A stretch of 64,000 bases of DNA, taken from the IMG/VR virus record IMGVR_UViG_3300042541_001760, positions 124,001 through 188,000 of that record; one strand, given 5' to 3'. The first letter of the stretch is position 1; each line of letters opens with the position of its first letter. Of the stretch, positions 52,930 through 62,131 are shown piece by piece. The position numbers and the translations under genes are program-made. Under the pieces are notes generated by a model. The model saw nothing but the letters and a program-made list of their open reading frames with translations. It did no database searches and was not told the origin of the DNA.

Positions 52930-53624
52930 TTATCGTCCTTTGGGATAAACAAAATCACCTTCAAATTTTTTTACTCTTAGATTAAACAGATCCATTTTGT
53001 AAGTTTCTTTCAACCACACAGGAATAATTGATTTAACATCATCATTATGAAGGTGAAAAAAGTTTACTAAATGTGACCAAATATAATTATCACTAACAAA
53101 AACTTCCCAATAAGGTGTGGAAAATTGTAATAAAATTTGATTTTCGGAATCAATAAAAAATGTGTCGTTGGGATAATCCTCGTGTTTCCTTAGCGTTAAA
53201 TCACCATAGTGTTTATCTAACCACTTGATAACTACTCTTTCTAACTGATGTTTATTTACCTGTATGTCCATAATATATAAATACCTTAATCATTTTCCAA
53301 CCATGCGGTTGGAATGTCCTTGATACTTACAGGTCTTACTCCCTCTAAGTTGTAATCCTCCTCCATCCATACTCTCATAACTGATTGAGTGTCATCATAG
53401 TTAATGTGAAATAATGATTCAATTTTTGACCAAATTTCGTCATAATGAACATAAACATTATTATATTTTTTATCGTATTCCATCATAACATAATTGTTTG
53501 AATTTATGTAAAATACTGAGTTAGGGTCATTCTTATCTTTTTTTGGTATTAAGTTACCGTAGTATTTATTTAACCACTTGATAACTACTCTTTCTAATTG
53601 GTCTTTATTTACCTGTATGTTCAT
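52930..53624 (-). repeat. Two further MDIQVN paralogs (52930-53271, 53286-53624)
   Basis: Same N-terminal and C-terminal motifs as the 32.4-34.5 kb array. Confidence 0.9.
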
Positions 53625-54046
53625 TGTCTTACACTCAACACTTTTAATATTATCTCCTTCATTTCATTACCCAACGGACTAGGAAGATTATCCGCAGTAA
53701 AATAACCACAATCGGTATGTTCCTCACCATCTTTCGCATTATCCAAGTCAGGTGACACCTCCTCATTTACATCATATAGGAATAAACTCATTACCCCCTT
53801 TAATTTTGTGGTGTCTCTGTTATATCTCTTGATACCACCAATATAACTAAGGTCGCCCGGTGATACCTCAATCATCGTTTCTTCATATAACTCACGAACT
53901 GCGCAAGTTAATTTATCTTCATTGGGTTCTTGGTGACCACAAGGAACTGACCATTCGCCAGGTAAACTCTCATAGGCGTTTCTTTTACACAAAAGAACTT
54001 TGTCCTCAAAACGTATTAAAACACCGGAATACTGCTTATATTTCAT
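53621..54046 (-). CDS. NUDIX hydrolase
   Basis: CGHQEPNEDKLTCAVRELYEETMI nudix box. Confidence 0.85.
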   Translation of the reverse strand: MKYKQYSGVLIRFEDKVLLCKRNAYESLPGEWSVPCGHQEPNEDKLTCAVRELYEETMIEVSPGDLSYIGGIKRYNRDTTKLKGVMSLFLYDVNEEVSPDLDNAKDGEEHTDCGYFTADNLPSPLGNEMKEIILKVLSVRQ

Positions 54047-54067
54047 TTCTATCGTATATTTATAAAT

Positions 54068-54415
54068 ATGATTTTAAGTATAAATAGTCAAAAGTTTAAA
54101 GTAAGAATTGTTTCATCCCCCAAAGATACAAAAAATGGTATGATGAAAAAAAAATTTAATGACGAATTTAATGGGATGTTATTTTTGATGGGTGACGGAA
54201 CTCATTCATTTTGGATGAAGAATTGTATTATACCATTGGATATCATCTATATTAAAGACAACAAGATTACAAAGATACATAACAATTGTCCTCCGTGTGA
54301 TACGGACGATTGTGACCATTATCCCGGTACAGGTAACTTAGTATTGGAATTAAAGGGTGGTACTTGTAAAGATTCTGATATATCAGTTGGTGACTCAATT
54401 AAGTTTGAGTGGTAA
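54068..54415 (+). CDS. DUF192 family protein
   Basis: GMLF...FWMKNCIIPLDIIYI...CPPC...VLELKGG...GD. Confidence 0.88.
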   Translation: MILSINSQKFKVRIVSSPKDTKNGMMKKKFNDEFNGMLFLMGDGTHSFWMKNCIIPLDIIYIKDNKITKIHNNCPPCDTDDCDHYPGTGNLVLELKGGTCKDSDISVGDSIKFEW

Positions 54416-54420
54416 TAAGA

Positions 54421-55815
54421 TTAATCTATCTTACTTTGTAACACTCTAACGAACTCAGCTTGTACCATTTTTACGAATTTAACATAAGGAGCGTCATCGT
54501 CATCCCCAAAAGATTTCCTACCTTTTGGTGGTCTTGTTGACCTTCCAAGATAATTTAATCCCGAAATGTTAGTTATACACTTATGACCACCTGAATTAGA
54601 TTCAATAATATCCCAAGCATTTACAGTAACATCATCCAACATCAACTTTTCCTCTTCGGTTAATTCATTAAAGTGTTTTGACATTGCCTTACCGATATCA
54701 GTTAGTACTTCCTTACCATTGTCCATAGTTTTGAACTTACTACCATATAAAGCCGCAAAGTCCTTGAATGTAAACCCTACCGAACCCTCTTTAACGGATG
54801 TCTCAGACACCCACTTAATAGTTGATAATGGTATTTGTCTTTCATTTAATTGTGACTCCCATTTTGATAATACCTCATCCTTAATCTCACCTAAATTAAT
54901 CCCCTTTAACTCTCTATCTTTCTTAAATGGATTACAAGATGCTTGAACTAATCCTAATGGCCAAGCAATAACCAAGAAGTCAGCCTCAGGATTGTTCTTG
55001 AATGGTGTATATCTATCATACGATCCAGGTTTCATCATGTTACCACCACCATACTGAGTAATTATATTACCACTGATTTTAACATTGGGGTTATTTTTCA
55101 TACTACCTACATAAACATCCTTGTTTTTCTGTAAGGTGGGTATGTCAGCATAACCTTTTTCAACCATTATCCTTTTTATGTTTTGTAGGATGTTCATAAT
55201 GGAGGGCGTGGATTTCATAACCAACTCTTCCAAGAATCCAGGTTTGTTTTTAAATGCTAACAATAATTTATTGGTAACCAATCCCAATAACATTTTGTTT
55301 TTCTGTAATGACTTGTCTTTATCTAAGGAGAATAAATAGTTAATAACTTCTTCGGGTGATATGTCGTTTGTTGCGTAATTTGCCGAATCTACCGTTGAGA
55401 TTAGGTTAATATCCTCAGATGTGAATATGTCTTTTGGTGACAATACTTGTGATATTGTTTCAACATTGGATCTTGATGATCTAAAACTCTTTGACTTTGT
55501 GTCCTCGGCTCCGGCTTGGGTATCGTGGTGGTCTGTATGTATAACAAACATTGGTTTTCCGTGGGCAAAGTCAACTAAAACCGGCATAACCTCGCCAGTC
55601 GCATCCGCCTTCTTTACCGAAAATTCTTTATCCCCATATTGGATTATCTCACAATCAACAACCTTAATACCATTATCTTCAAGATAATTTTTCATCGCCA
55701 ATGCGGTTGTGACCCCATCTAAATCTTGGTGAAAATATATTTTTGCTTTCTTGTATCTTTGGGATAACTTATTGATATCCCTTATCCCTGACTCTTTGAT
55801 TAACCTTTTTTTCAT
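54421..55815 (-). CDS. DHH-like phosphoesterase-fold protein with leader
   Basis: YFHQDLDGV, LVDFAH, HTDHH, GGH motifs; MKKRLIKE leader. Confidence 0.65.
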   Translation of the reverse strand: MKKRLIKESGIRDINKLSQRYKKAKIYFHQDLDGVTTALAMKNYLEDNGIKVVDCEIIQYGDKEFSVKKADATGEVMPVLVDFAHGKPMFVIHTDHHDTQAGAEDTKSKSFRSSRSNVETISQVLSPKDIFTSEDINLISTVDSANYATNDISPEEVINYLFSLDKDKSLQKNKMLLGLVTNKLLLAFKNKPGFLEELVMKSTPSIMNILQNIKRIMVEKGYADIPTLQKNKDVYVGSMKNNPNVKISGNIITQYGGGNMMKPGSYDRYTPFKNNPEADFLVIAWPLGLVQASCNPFKKDRELKGINLGEIKDEVLSKWESQLNERQIPLSTIKWVSETSVKEGSVGFTFKDFAALYGSKFKTMDNGKEVLTDIGKAMSKHFNELTEEEKLMLDDVTVNAWDIIESNSGGHKCITNISGLNYLGRSTRPPKGRKSFGDDDDAPYVKFVKMVQAEFVRVLQSKID

Positions 55816-55931
55816 AATAAATAAATACAATGAAAAACAAAAAAGGAGGTTAAACTACCTCCTCTTTTTTGATAAAACTATTTATTCTATATAAAGTAGG
55901 ATTTTACTTACTTTACTGATATTTATAATAT

Positions 55932-56087
55932 ATGAAAGAATTAAAAAAATTAGAAGAAAAAAAAGTTAAAATATCAATAACTTTAAGTCCTGACTTAAAT
56001 AAAAGAATGGAATACGAATTAACTAATAAATCTAAATTGATTGAGAAATTATTGAGAACATATTATGGAAACAAAAATTTGTTGTAG
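55932..56087 (+). CDS. Small ribbon-helix-helix-like protein (not in ORF track)
   Basis: 51 aa: KVKISITLSPDLNKRM...NKSKLIEKLL; overlaps the HNH start. Confidence 0.5.
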   Translation: MKELKKLEEKKVKISITLSPDLNKRMEYELTNKSKLIEKLLRTYYGNKNLL

Positions 56088-56739
56088 ATGTAAGGAAGAA
56101 AAGGAGTTATGTGAATTTGGTAATTTAAAATCATCAAAAGATGGTCTAATGTATCATTGTAGGGTTTGTAATAGTAATAAAATGAAAAACTACCGTGTAG
56201 AACACCAAGAAACATATAAAAAATCTTTAGAAGAAAATAAAGAAAAAATATCTAAATACCTGAAGGAATATAATAAAACTAATAAAGACAAAATAGTAAA
56301 ATTACGGAAAGAAAATTATATAACTAATCGTGATGAAATTTTATTAAAAAATAAAGAATATCATAAGAATAATAAAGAAAGTGTTAGAATACGCAAAAAT
56401 AATTACACCAAATATAAAAGAAATACGGATATTTTATATTACATAATACATATATCAAGAAAGAGGATTTATAATTTTTTAAAATCAAAAGAATTAAAAA
56501 AAAATAATAAAACATTTGATATTATAGGATGTTCTCCCGAATTTCTTAGAGAATATATTGAAAATCAATTCAGTAATGGAATGTCTTGGGAATTAATGGG
56601 TAAAGGTATTCATATTGACCATATTATTCCATTATCTTCCGCAAATACCGAAGAGGATATATATAAACTTTGTCATTACACTAACCTACAACCATTGTGG
56701 GCGATAGATAATATTAAAAAGGGTAATAAAATATTATAA
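56065..56739 (+). CDS. HNH (homing-type) endonuclease
   Basis: N-terminal CxxC...CxxC; HIDHIIPL...HYTNLQPLWA.DN.KK. Confidence 0.85.
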   Translation: METKICCRCKEEKELCEFGNLKSSKDGLMYHCRVCNSNKMKNYRVEHQETYKKSLEENKEKISKYLKEYNKTNKDKIVKLRKENYITNRDEILLKNKEYHKNNKESVRIRKNNYTKYKRNTDILYYIIHISRKRIYNFLKSKELKKNNKTFDIIGCSPEFLREYIENQFSNGMSWELMGKGIHIDHIIPLSSANTEEDIYKLCHYTNLQPLWAIDNIKKGNKIL

Positions 56740-57582
56740 ATCAAAATTTAATTCTTTTTTACTTTCTATAAAAGAACTTATTCTCTTAGTCGCAACCTCT
56801 ATGTAGTTTGGAGATAGTTCAATTCCTATCCATTTGCGTCCAAGAATTTGTGCTGCCACCAAACTTGTTCCGCTACCAGCGAATGGATCCAATACCACAT
56901 CATTCTTATAGGATAATATCTTAATCGCCTTACTTGGAATATCAAGACTGAAAGTCGCCTTGGTCATTGGTCTTGAATCATTCAGGTATTTCCATTGTCC
57001 GAATACCAACTCCATAAACTCTTTCTTATCTTCGTCCTGATAAACCACTTTGTTTTTGAATGTTCCATCCTCTTGTTCTATTTGGGTTGGAACTCCCTTC
57101 CATTGTGGTTCTCCTTTAACTTTCTTAATGTGTTTGTGTTTGTATGCCAGTATTACACACTCCTTCGGATTATATATGTAGGGGCTCGACGGACTCATCC
57201 ACGAACCCCATGCGGTGGTCTTACTTCGGTGGGGGGAATCTTCTTCTAAGTCAACAATACCAAAAAACTTAAACCCAATTTTTTTCATCAATTGATATAT
57301 CTCTGACACAAAGAAAATCCGTCCACCTTTATCTTGGCGATTGATTTCATATGGAATGTTAATGGCTACTCTACCATCATCTTTTAACACTCTAAATGCT
57401 TGGGTTAACCAATTCTCCGAGAACTTTAAATACTCCTCAAAATAAACATCATCGTCGTGAACATCGTATGCGATACCCACGCCGTAGGGGGGACTACTCA
57501 CAATTAAATCAATTGATGATTCAGGTAATGTTTTCATTACCTCAACACAGTCCCCATTTATAATTCTATTTGTCTCTAACAT
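56734..57582 (-). CDS. DNA methyltransferase (N4-C/N6-A, beta class)
   Basis: IINGDC, SSPPY, VLDPFAGSGTS; start moved to Met 57582. Confidence 0.92.
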   Translation of the reverse strand: MLETNRIINGDCVEVMKTLPESSIDLIVSSPPYGVGIAYDVHDDDVYFEEYLKFSENWLTQAFRVLKDDGRVAINIPYEINRQDKGGRIFFVSEIYQLMKKIGFKFFGIVDLEEDSPHRSKTTAWGSWMSPSSPYIYNPKECVILAYKHKHIKKVKGEPQWKGVPTQIEQEDGTFKNKVVYQDEDKKEFMELVFGQWKYLNDSRPMTKATFSLDIPSKAIKILSYKNDVVLDPFAGSGTSLVAAQILGRKWIGIELSPNYIEVATKRISSFIESKKELNFDL

Positions 57583-57583
57583 A

Positions 57584-58375
57584 TTAATAATTTTTCCAAA
57601 GTGTCTCCACCTTTGTTTTAGGTTTTCTATTTCCGCTAACGGTATTAACATCAAAGTTAATTTTTGTAAATCCGTTTTCAGTTAATCTATCGTATAACGG
57701 ACAATCATATCCGCTAATTAGTATTTTTGAATTGGCGTTGATAACACTATCCAAAAATTGATTATGCATTTCATCATCCATATCAACAATGTATCTTGTC
57801 TCACCCCTCGTTGATTGGACATATGGTGGGTCACAATATATAAACGCATTTGGTAGGTTATATCTATTGATTATGTCAATACCACTCCTATTTAATACGA
57901 TTACTTTTGATAATCTTTGATGTAGTTCGGGTAATCTATCTATTGCTGATAAGAAGTCGGATACCGATTTACCCATCTTTCTTCTGATTACCGTATTAAT
58001 ACTGATACCACCAATTCCGTTATGTGATGTTCTATTAACATAGAAAAAATAAAACGCTCTGTCAAGTACTGATATCTCTTGTTTTAATTTTTCCTTAAAT
58101 TCTTTTCGTAGATCCTCAGAGTAATGAACGAGGTCACACTTAGATTTAAATTGTTCAAATAGTTCGGTATCGGATATTACCTTATATAATGAATATACAT
58201 TCTGTTCAAGGTCATTATATATTTCAATTGGTGTTTCAGGTTTCTTTAACCCTATTGAAAACGAACCCCCAAATGGTTCAATGTATGTATCGTATGTATC
58301 TGACTGGGGGAAGTGTTCTAAAATATTGTTAAACATTGTTGATTTTCCTCCGAAATATTTGATTGGGGTGTTCAT
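57584..58375 (-). CDS. Dam-like (D12 class) DNA adenine methyltransferase
   Basis: PIKYFGGK, YIEPFGG, YNDL, YCDPPY. Confidence 0.92.
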   Translation of the reverse strand: MNTPIKYFGGKSTMFNNILEHFPQSDTYDTYIEPFGGSFSIGLKKPETPIEIYNDLEQNVYSLYKVISDTELFEQFKSKCDLVHYSEDLRKEFKEKLKQEISVLDRAFYFFYVNRTSHNGIGGISINTVIRRKMGKSVSDFLSAIDRLPELHQRLSKVIVLNRSGIDIINRYNLPNAFIYCDPPYVQSTRGETRYIVDMDDEMHNQFLDSVINANSKILISGYDCPLYDRLTENGFTKINFDVNTVSGNRKPKTKVETLWKNY

Positions 58376-58599
58376 TTCTTTTCTAAGTTTTCAATTTTTC
58401 TGTTGAGGTACCATAACGCTTTCTTTAAATCTTGTAGTTCTTTGTCGGTATCTTTTTTCCCTGCCCTTGCCACATATTTAACTACATTGAATAGATATGC
58501 GTCCTTATCTAAATCCCAAGCCTCACACACCTTCACAACTTCATATTGATTCTCCTTTCCCCCGTAATGATTGGGGTGATTTACCATTTCTTTTTCCAT
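58372..58599 (-). CDS. DUF3310-like protein
   Basis: VNHPNHY...NVVKYVARAGKK...DLKKALWYL. Confidence 0.85.
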   Translation of the reverse strand: MEKEMVNHPNHYGGKENQYEVVKVCEAWDLDKDAYLFNVVKYVARAGKKDTDKELQDLKKALWYLNRKIENLEKK

Positions 58600-58602
58600 C
58601 TG

Positions 58603-58983
58603 TTAACTATTTTGATTAATTAAACTAATGGTTTTAGTATTAATTACAAACTGAAAATATATCGTTGATAGGCTATCATCAGCGTAATCATTCTTAAATG
58701 ATATGTTTGAACCCTGAACATCAAAACTTAATCCATTTACTACTTCACCAATTGGATCTAAATATTCAATTTTAACGTCAGTGATTTTAAATATATCCGA
58801 GGGGTTAAATGAATAATCAACGGTTTGAAATATTTTGGTTTTAAATATTAAATTATCACCTTCATTATATATTTTAAAACTCCTAAATAGATATTCAGGT
58901 ACTTTAACCTCGTCGTTAAATTTAATTAAGAACCTATTTGATTTTAATGGTTCAACAGGTGTGAAATCTGTAATTTTGCTCAT
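58603..58983 (-). CDS. Tail-tube (gp19)-like derived protein
   Basis: EPLKSNRFLI.F...P.Y and IEYLDP.GEVV resemble myovirus tube proteins. Confidence 0.4.
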   Translation of the reverse strand: MSKITDFTPVEPLKSNRFLIKFNDEVKVPEYLFRSFKIYNEGDNLIFKTKIFQTVDYSFNPSDIFKITDVKIEYLDPIGEVVNGLSFDVQGSNISFKNDYADDSLSTIYFQFVINTKTISLINQNS

Positions 58984-59629
58984 ACTAATTTTGTTTTTTT
59001 AATCCGAAATAATTCTTCGCCAATGGACTTTCTTCTATAATATCATCTTCAATGTATGGTGCGAGTATTTCCTTTGCCTCAAACTCTTTACACTTTAAAA
59101 GGTATTTAGCGATATAGGAAATATGGACAGGTTGTCTTAACTTACTTAGAAGTTTTTGTTCTTGTTTTGGATCCATTGGTTGATTCAACATTAGTTTCAG
59201 TTTTTGGTTGACGTGTCGCTTTTTTCCATTCTGTCTTTGAGGTGTAATCCCATCCAAATTTAACCTTTGCTTCGGCTTCTTTGTCTTTAACTCGTTCTAA
59301 TTTCCCGTTGTGTTTGTTTTTCAGTGTTTTCATATATCCCAATTTTTAATTTGTTTTTTAACTTCAATTTCACTTACACCATTTTGATACATCTTATAAA
59401 CATCACTGGCTAATTTATCTAAGAATATTAAAGCATCCGCCTTAAATATGTCTTTGAATGCGAACCCTGTATTAAGTTTGTCCTTAATGGCTTCTATTGA
59501 GAGGTATCTCTTATTCATTTTTTTGAATCTTCTATTTGATTAATTAACGCTCTAATAAGTTTTCCCAAAACATAGTCATTTGGATTTTCTTTGACAAGCT
59601 TTATAATCATTTCGTATATGTTTTTATCC

Positions 59630-60400
59630 TCATTCATATTTTTTAACGTTTGTTATACTTAAAGATTGATTACAATAATTCAAGATTCTTCTTTTGAAGA
59701 GTGGTAGTAGTGTTTCTTGTAGGGGATATTCCTCACTACCCATAACCTCAAATATTGAGTATTTGGTGGTTTCGTTTGGTTTTAACCATTTACTAAAATT
59801 AGTAATAATTTCCTGTAATGTCAAATCCTCTTTCTTTCCTGTGTAGATTAAGTTTGATGTGTTTTTGCTATCCTTATCATTTTTATTTTTCTTTATCCTA
59901 TACTCCCAAACATATAGAAGTTTCTCAGTTTTATTATAAAAATAAAAATATCCACATTTTTTATATAACTCACCCTTATTTTTCTTTAATGTTACGGACA
60001 CACTTTCATTGACCAATCCCCATATTGATTTGGCAATGTTAAAGTAATCATATATTTTTGGTGCTGAATATTTTAAAGTTCTTTGGTATTCATCTAACTC
60101 TACTTCCGTTAATGTTGGTATTGGTTTTGTTACCAAATCAGATATCAGTAACTCATCGTCACAATATTCAAACCTCTTCTCGGTGGTCATCATTCTACCC
60201 TCTTTAATTAGAGTTTGTATGTTGGCAAAATGTAATGATAACTCAATGAATGAGGGATATACCTCGTATTTATCAAACCTTTCGTTTAGTTTTTGAAAGT
60301 AACTCAATAAAATATACTCCTTATGCTCTGCATCTATCGGCTCTTGGAACAACCAATTGGTATCCAATAAAAATTCAAACCCTTTCTTTTTTCTTGTCAT
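59630..60400 (-). CDS. Conserved hypothetical protein
   Basis: W..EPID.EHKEYILL.Y; 256 aa. Confidence 0.6.
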   Translation of the reverse strand: MTRKKKGFEFLLDTNWLFQEPIDAEHKEYILLSYFQKLNERFDKYEVYPSFIELSLHFANIQTLIKEGRMMTTEKRFEYCDDELLISDLVTKPIPTLTEVELDEYQRTLKYSAPKIYDYFNIAKSIWGLVNESVSVTLKKNKGELYKKCGYFYFYNKTEKLLYVWEYRIKKNKNDKDSKNTSNLIYTGKKEDLTLQEIITNFSKWLKPNETTKYSIFEVMGSEEYPLQETLLPLFKRRILNYCNQSLSITNVKKYE

Positions 60401-60448
60401 TTCACTTCTTTTTTAAAATATAGTGAAAATAATTTAGGTTTAAAGTGA

Positions 60449-61801
60449 TTAATTATTTCTAATAATGATATATTGTTTTTCTAAAACATATTCAGAATCA
60501 TACGAACCATCATAACCATTCATAATTCCGTATCCATCAGAATCGACTAATCCTTGAGCCATAGCATCAACATCAACCCAATCTTTAACAGGCATCTCCC
60601 ACTCTTTTAACTTATCAAGAGGGTCATTCATTATATCACGCATTATTTCATCAACTTTTTCTTCAATCTGCGCTGGTGTTGGTTCTCTTACTCTATTTTG
60701 GATTTCCTCAATTTCTTCGTTCATTGCGTCAATCTGCTCTTCGTAATTATTCCATTCGTCAGAATTTATATCAGTTTCAGATTGTAGGTCTTCCATTTGA
60801 CTTATTTTATTTTCAAGTTCTTCAATATGTTCTTCTTCTTCATCGGTAGGTCCAAAATCGTTTTCATCAAAATATACATCTGTGTTGTTCATAACATCAT
60901 CCTCATAATGACTTCTAAAGAAGTATTCAATTCCACTCTCATCCAAATAATCTTCAACAAACCCCGTATTATAATTGTCAACACCAAGATCATCTATTGA
61001 GTCTTTTGCATATCGTAAAGCCTCGGCGTCCGCTTCTTCCTCACTACCCACACGATATTCTCTACCTGAAAGATCACCAGTGATAATATCAAAATTTAAC
61101 ATACTATTTCTATACCTACCCCCCGGTATTAATGAATATACATCCATTTTATTTTCTAAGGCTTCAATATCCTCCTCAATTGCGTCTATATTTCCTTGTA
61201 ATTCACCGGTATCGTTTCCTTGTTCTTGGTCATAAAGTAATCCACCTAACATTTCTTTAAGTTGTCTTAATTCAACTTCTTCTTCTTCCGTTATAAACAT
61301 ATCAGATTCTTCCGAAGATAGGTATTGAAATAAGGCTTGAGCTCTCAATCCATCGTAGTCCTCATTTTCAATTGCCCATTCATTTCTCTCCCTTCTTAGC
61401 TGAGCATCCGCCAACAATCCATTTATTCTAATACGTTCTCTCTTTCTCGCTATTGGTGTTCCTCCATCCCATATACTTCCCGTTACGGTAACTCCATCAA
61501 TAGATGATATTTCAGATCTGGATATATCCAACCTTCCATCAACATATTTTATTGGACCCATACTTTTAAACGAATCGTTATTTAAATTTAAACCCCCATT
61601 TATCTTAACCTTTTTACCTCTAAACATTTTTGTTTTAGCCAAAAAGTCCAAATTATTATTTGCTCTCTCAGCGTATTTTTTAAATTCATCTCCGGTCATC
61701 TCAATCCACTGCTCTTCATTTTGAACATCTTCTGTTTGTTCAATAACTAACTTAACTATATTCTCAAGGTCAGATTCCTTTAATTTAATAATTCTTGCCA
61801 T
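60449..61801 (-). CDS. Leader-bearing protein with LRR-like segment and acidic coiled coil
   Basis: MARIIKLKESDL leader; GGLNLNN...DGRLDISRS.ISSI. Confidence 0.55.
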   Translation of the reverse strand: MARIIKLKESDLENIVKLVIEQTEDVQNEEQWIEMTGDEFKKYAERANNNLDFLAKTKMFRGKKVKINGGLNLNNDSFKSMGPIKYVDGRLDISRSEISSIDGVTVTGSIWDGGTPIARKRERIRINGLLADAQLRRERNEWAIENEDYDGLRAQALFQYLSSEESDMFITEEEEVELRQLKEMLGGLLYDQEQGNDTGELQGNIDAIEEDIEALENKMDVYSLIPGGRYRNSMLNFDIITGDLSGREYRVGSEEEADAEALRYAKDSIDDLGVDNYNTGFVEDYLDESGIEYFFRSHYEDDVMNNTDVYFDENDFGPTDEEEEHIEELENKISQMEDLQSETDINSDEWNNYEEQIDAMNEEIEEIQNRVREPTPAQIEEKVDEIMRDIMNDPLDKLKEWEMPVKDWVDVDAMAQGLVDSDGYGIMNGYDGSYDSEYVLEKQYIIIRNN

Positions 61802-61904
61802 ATAACTTAAATATTACTTATTTTATAAATATCAGAATATTATTTACATTAAACCACAATAGTTAAATATTTATGTAAAATAAACTTTTAATAATTATAA
61901 CAAC

Positions 61905-62045
61905 ATGGGATGCGGATGCAAAGGTAAACAAGAACCTGTACAACAACCAGTACAACAACCAGTACAACAACCTGCTACACCACCTCAGAATAATGCTATT
62001 CAAGAGGCGGTTAGAAAAACGGTGGAGAAATACTACAAAAAATAA
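61905..62045 (+). CDS. 46 aa MGCGCK peptide with PVQQ repeats (not in ORF track)
   Basis: ATG 61905 to TAA 62045; TATTTAT upstream, terminator-like hairpin at ~62082; 12 bp unit GTACAACAACC[A/T] x3. Confidence 0.65.
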   Translation: MGCGCKGKQEPVQQPVQQPVQQPATPPQNNAIQEAVRKTVEKYYKK

Positions 62046-62131
62046 AACTATTTGTTAGGGGTTGACAGGTATGAAATTAAGAGAGGGGAAATTTTTTCCC
62101 CTTTTTTTGTATTTATAAGTAAAATATTACT

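Noticed and set aside
8928-61235. Antisense shadow ORFs (e.g. 8928-9344, 11855-12250, 40364-40843, 41994-42335, 60975-61235)
   Set aside because: Fully nested opposite better-supported genes, with no motifs or upstream signals
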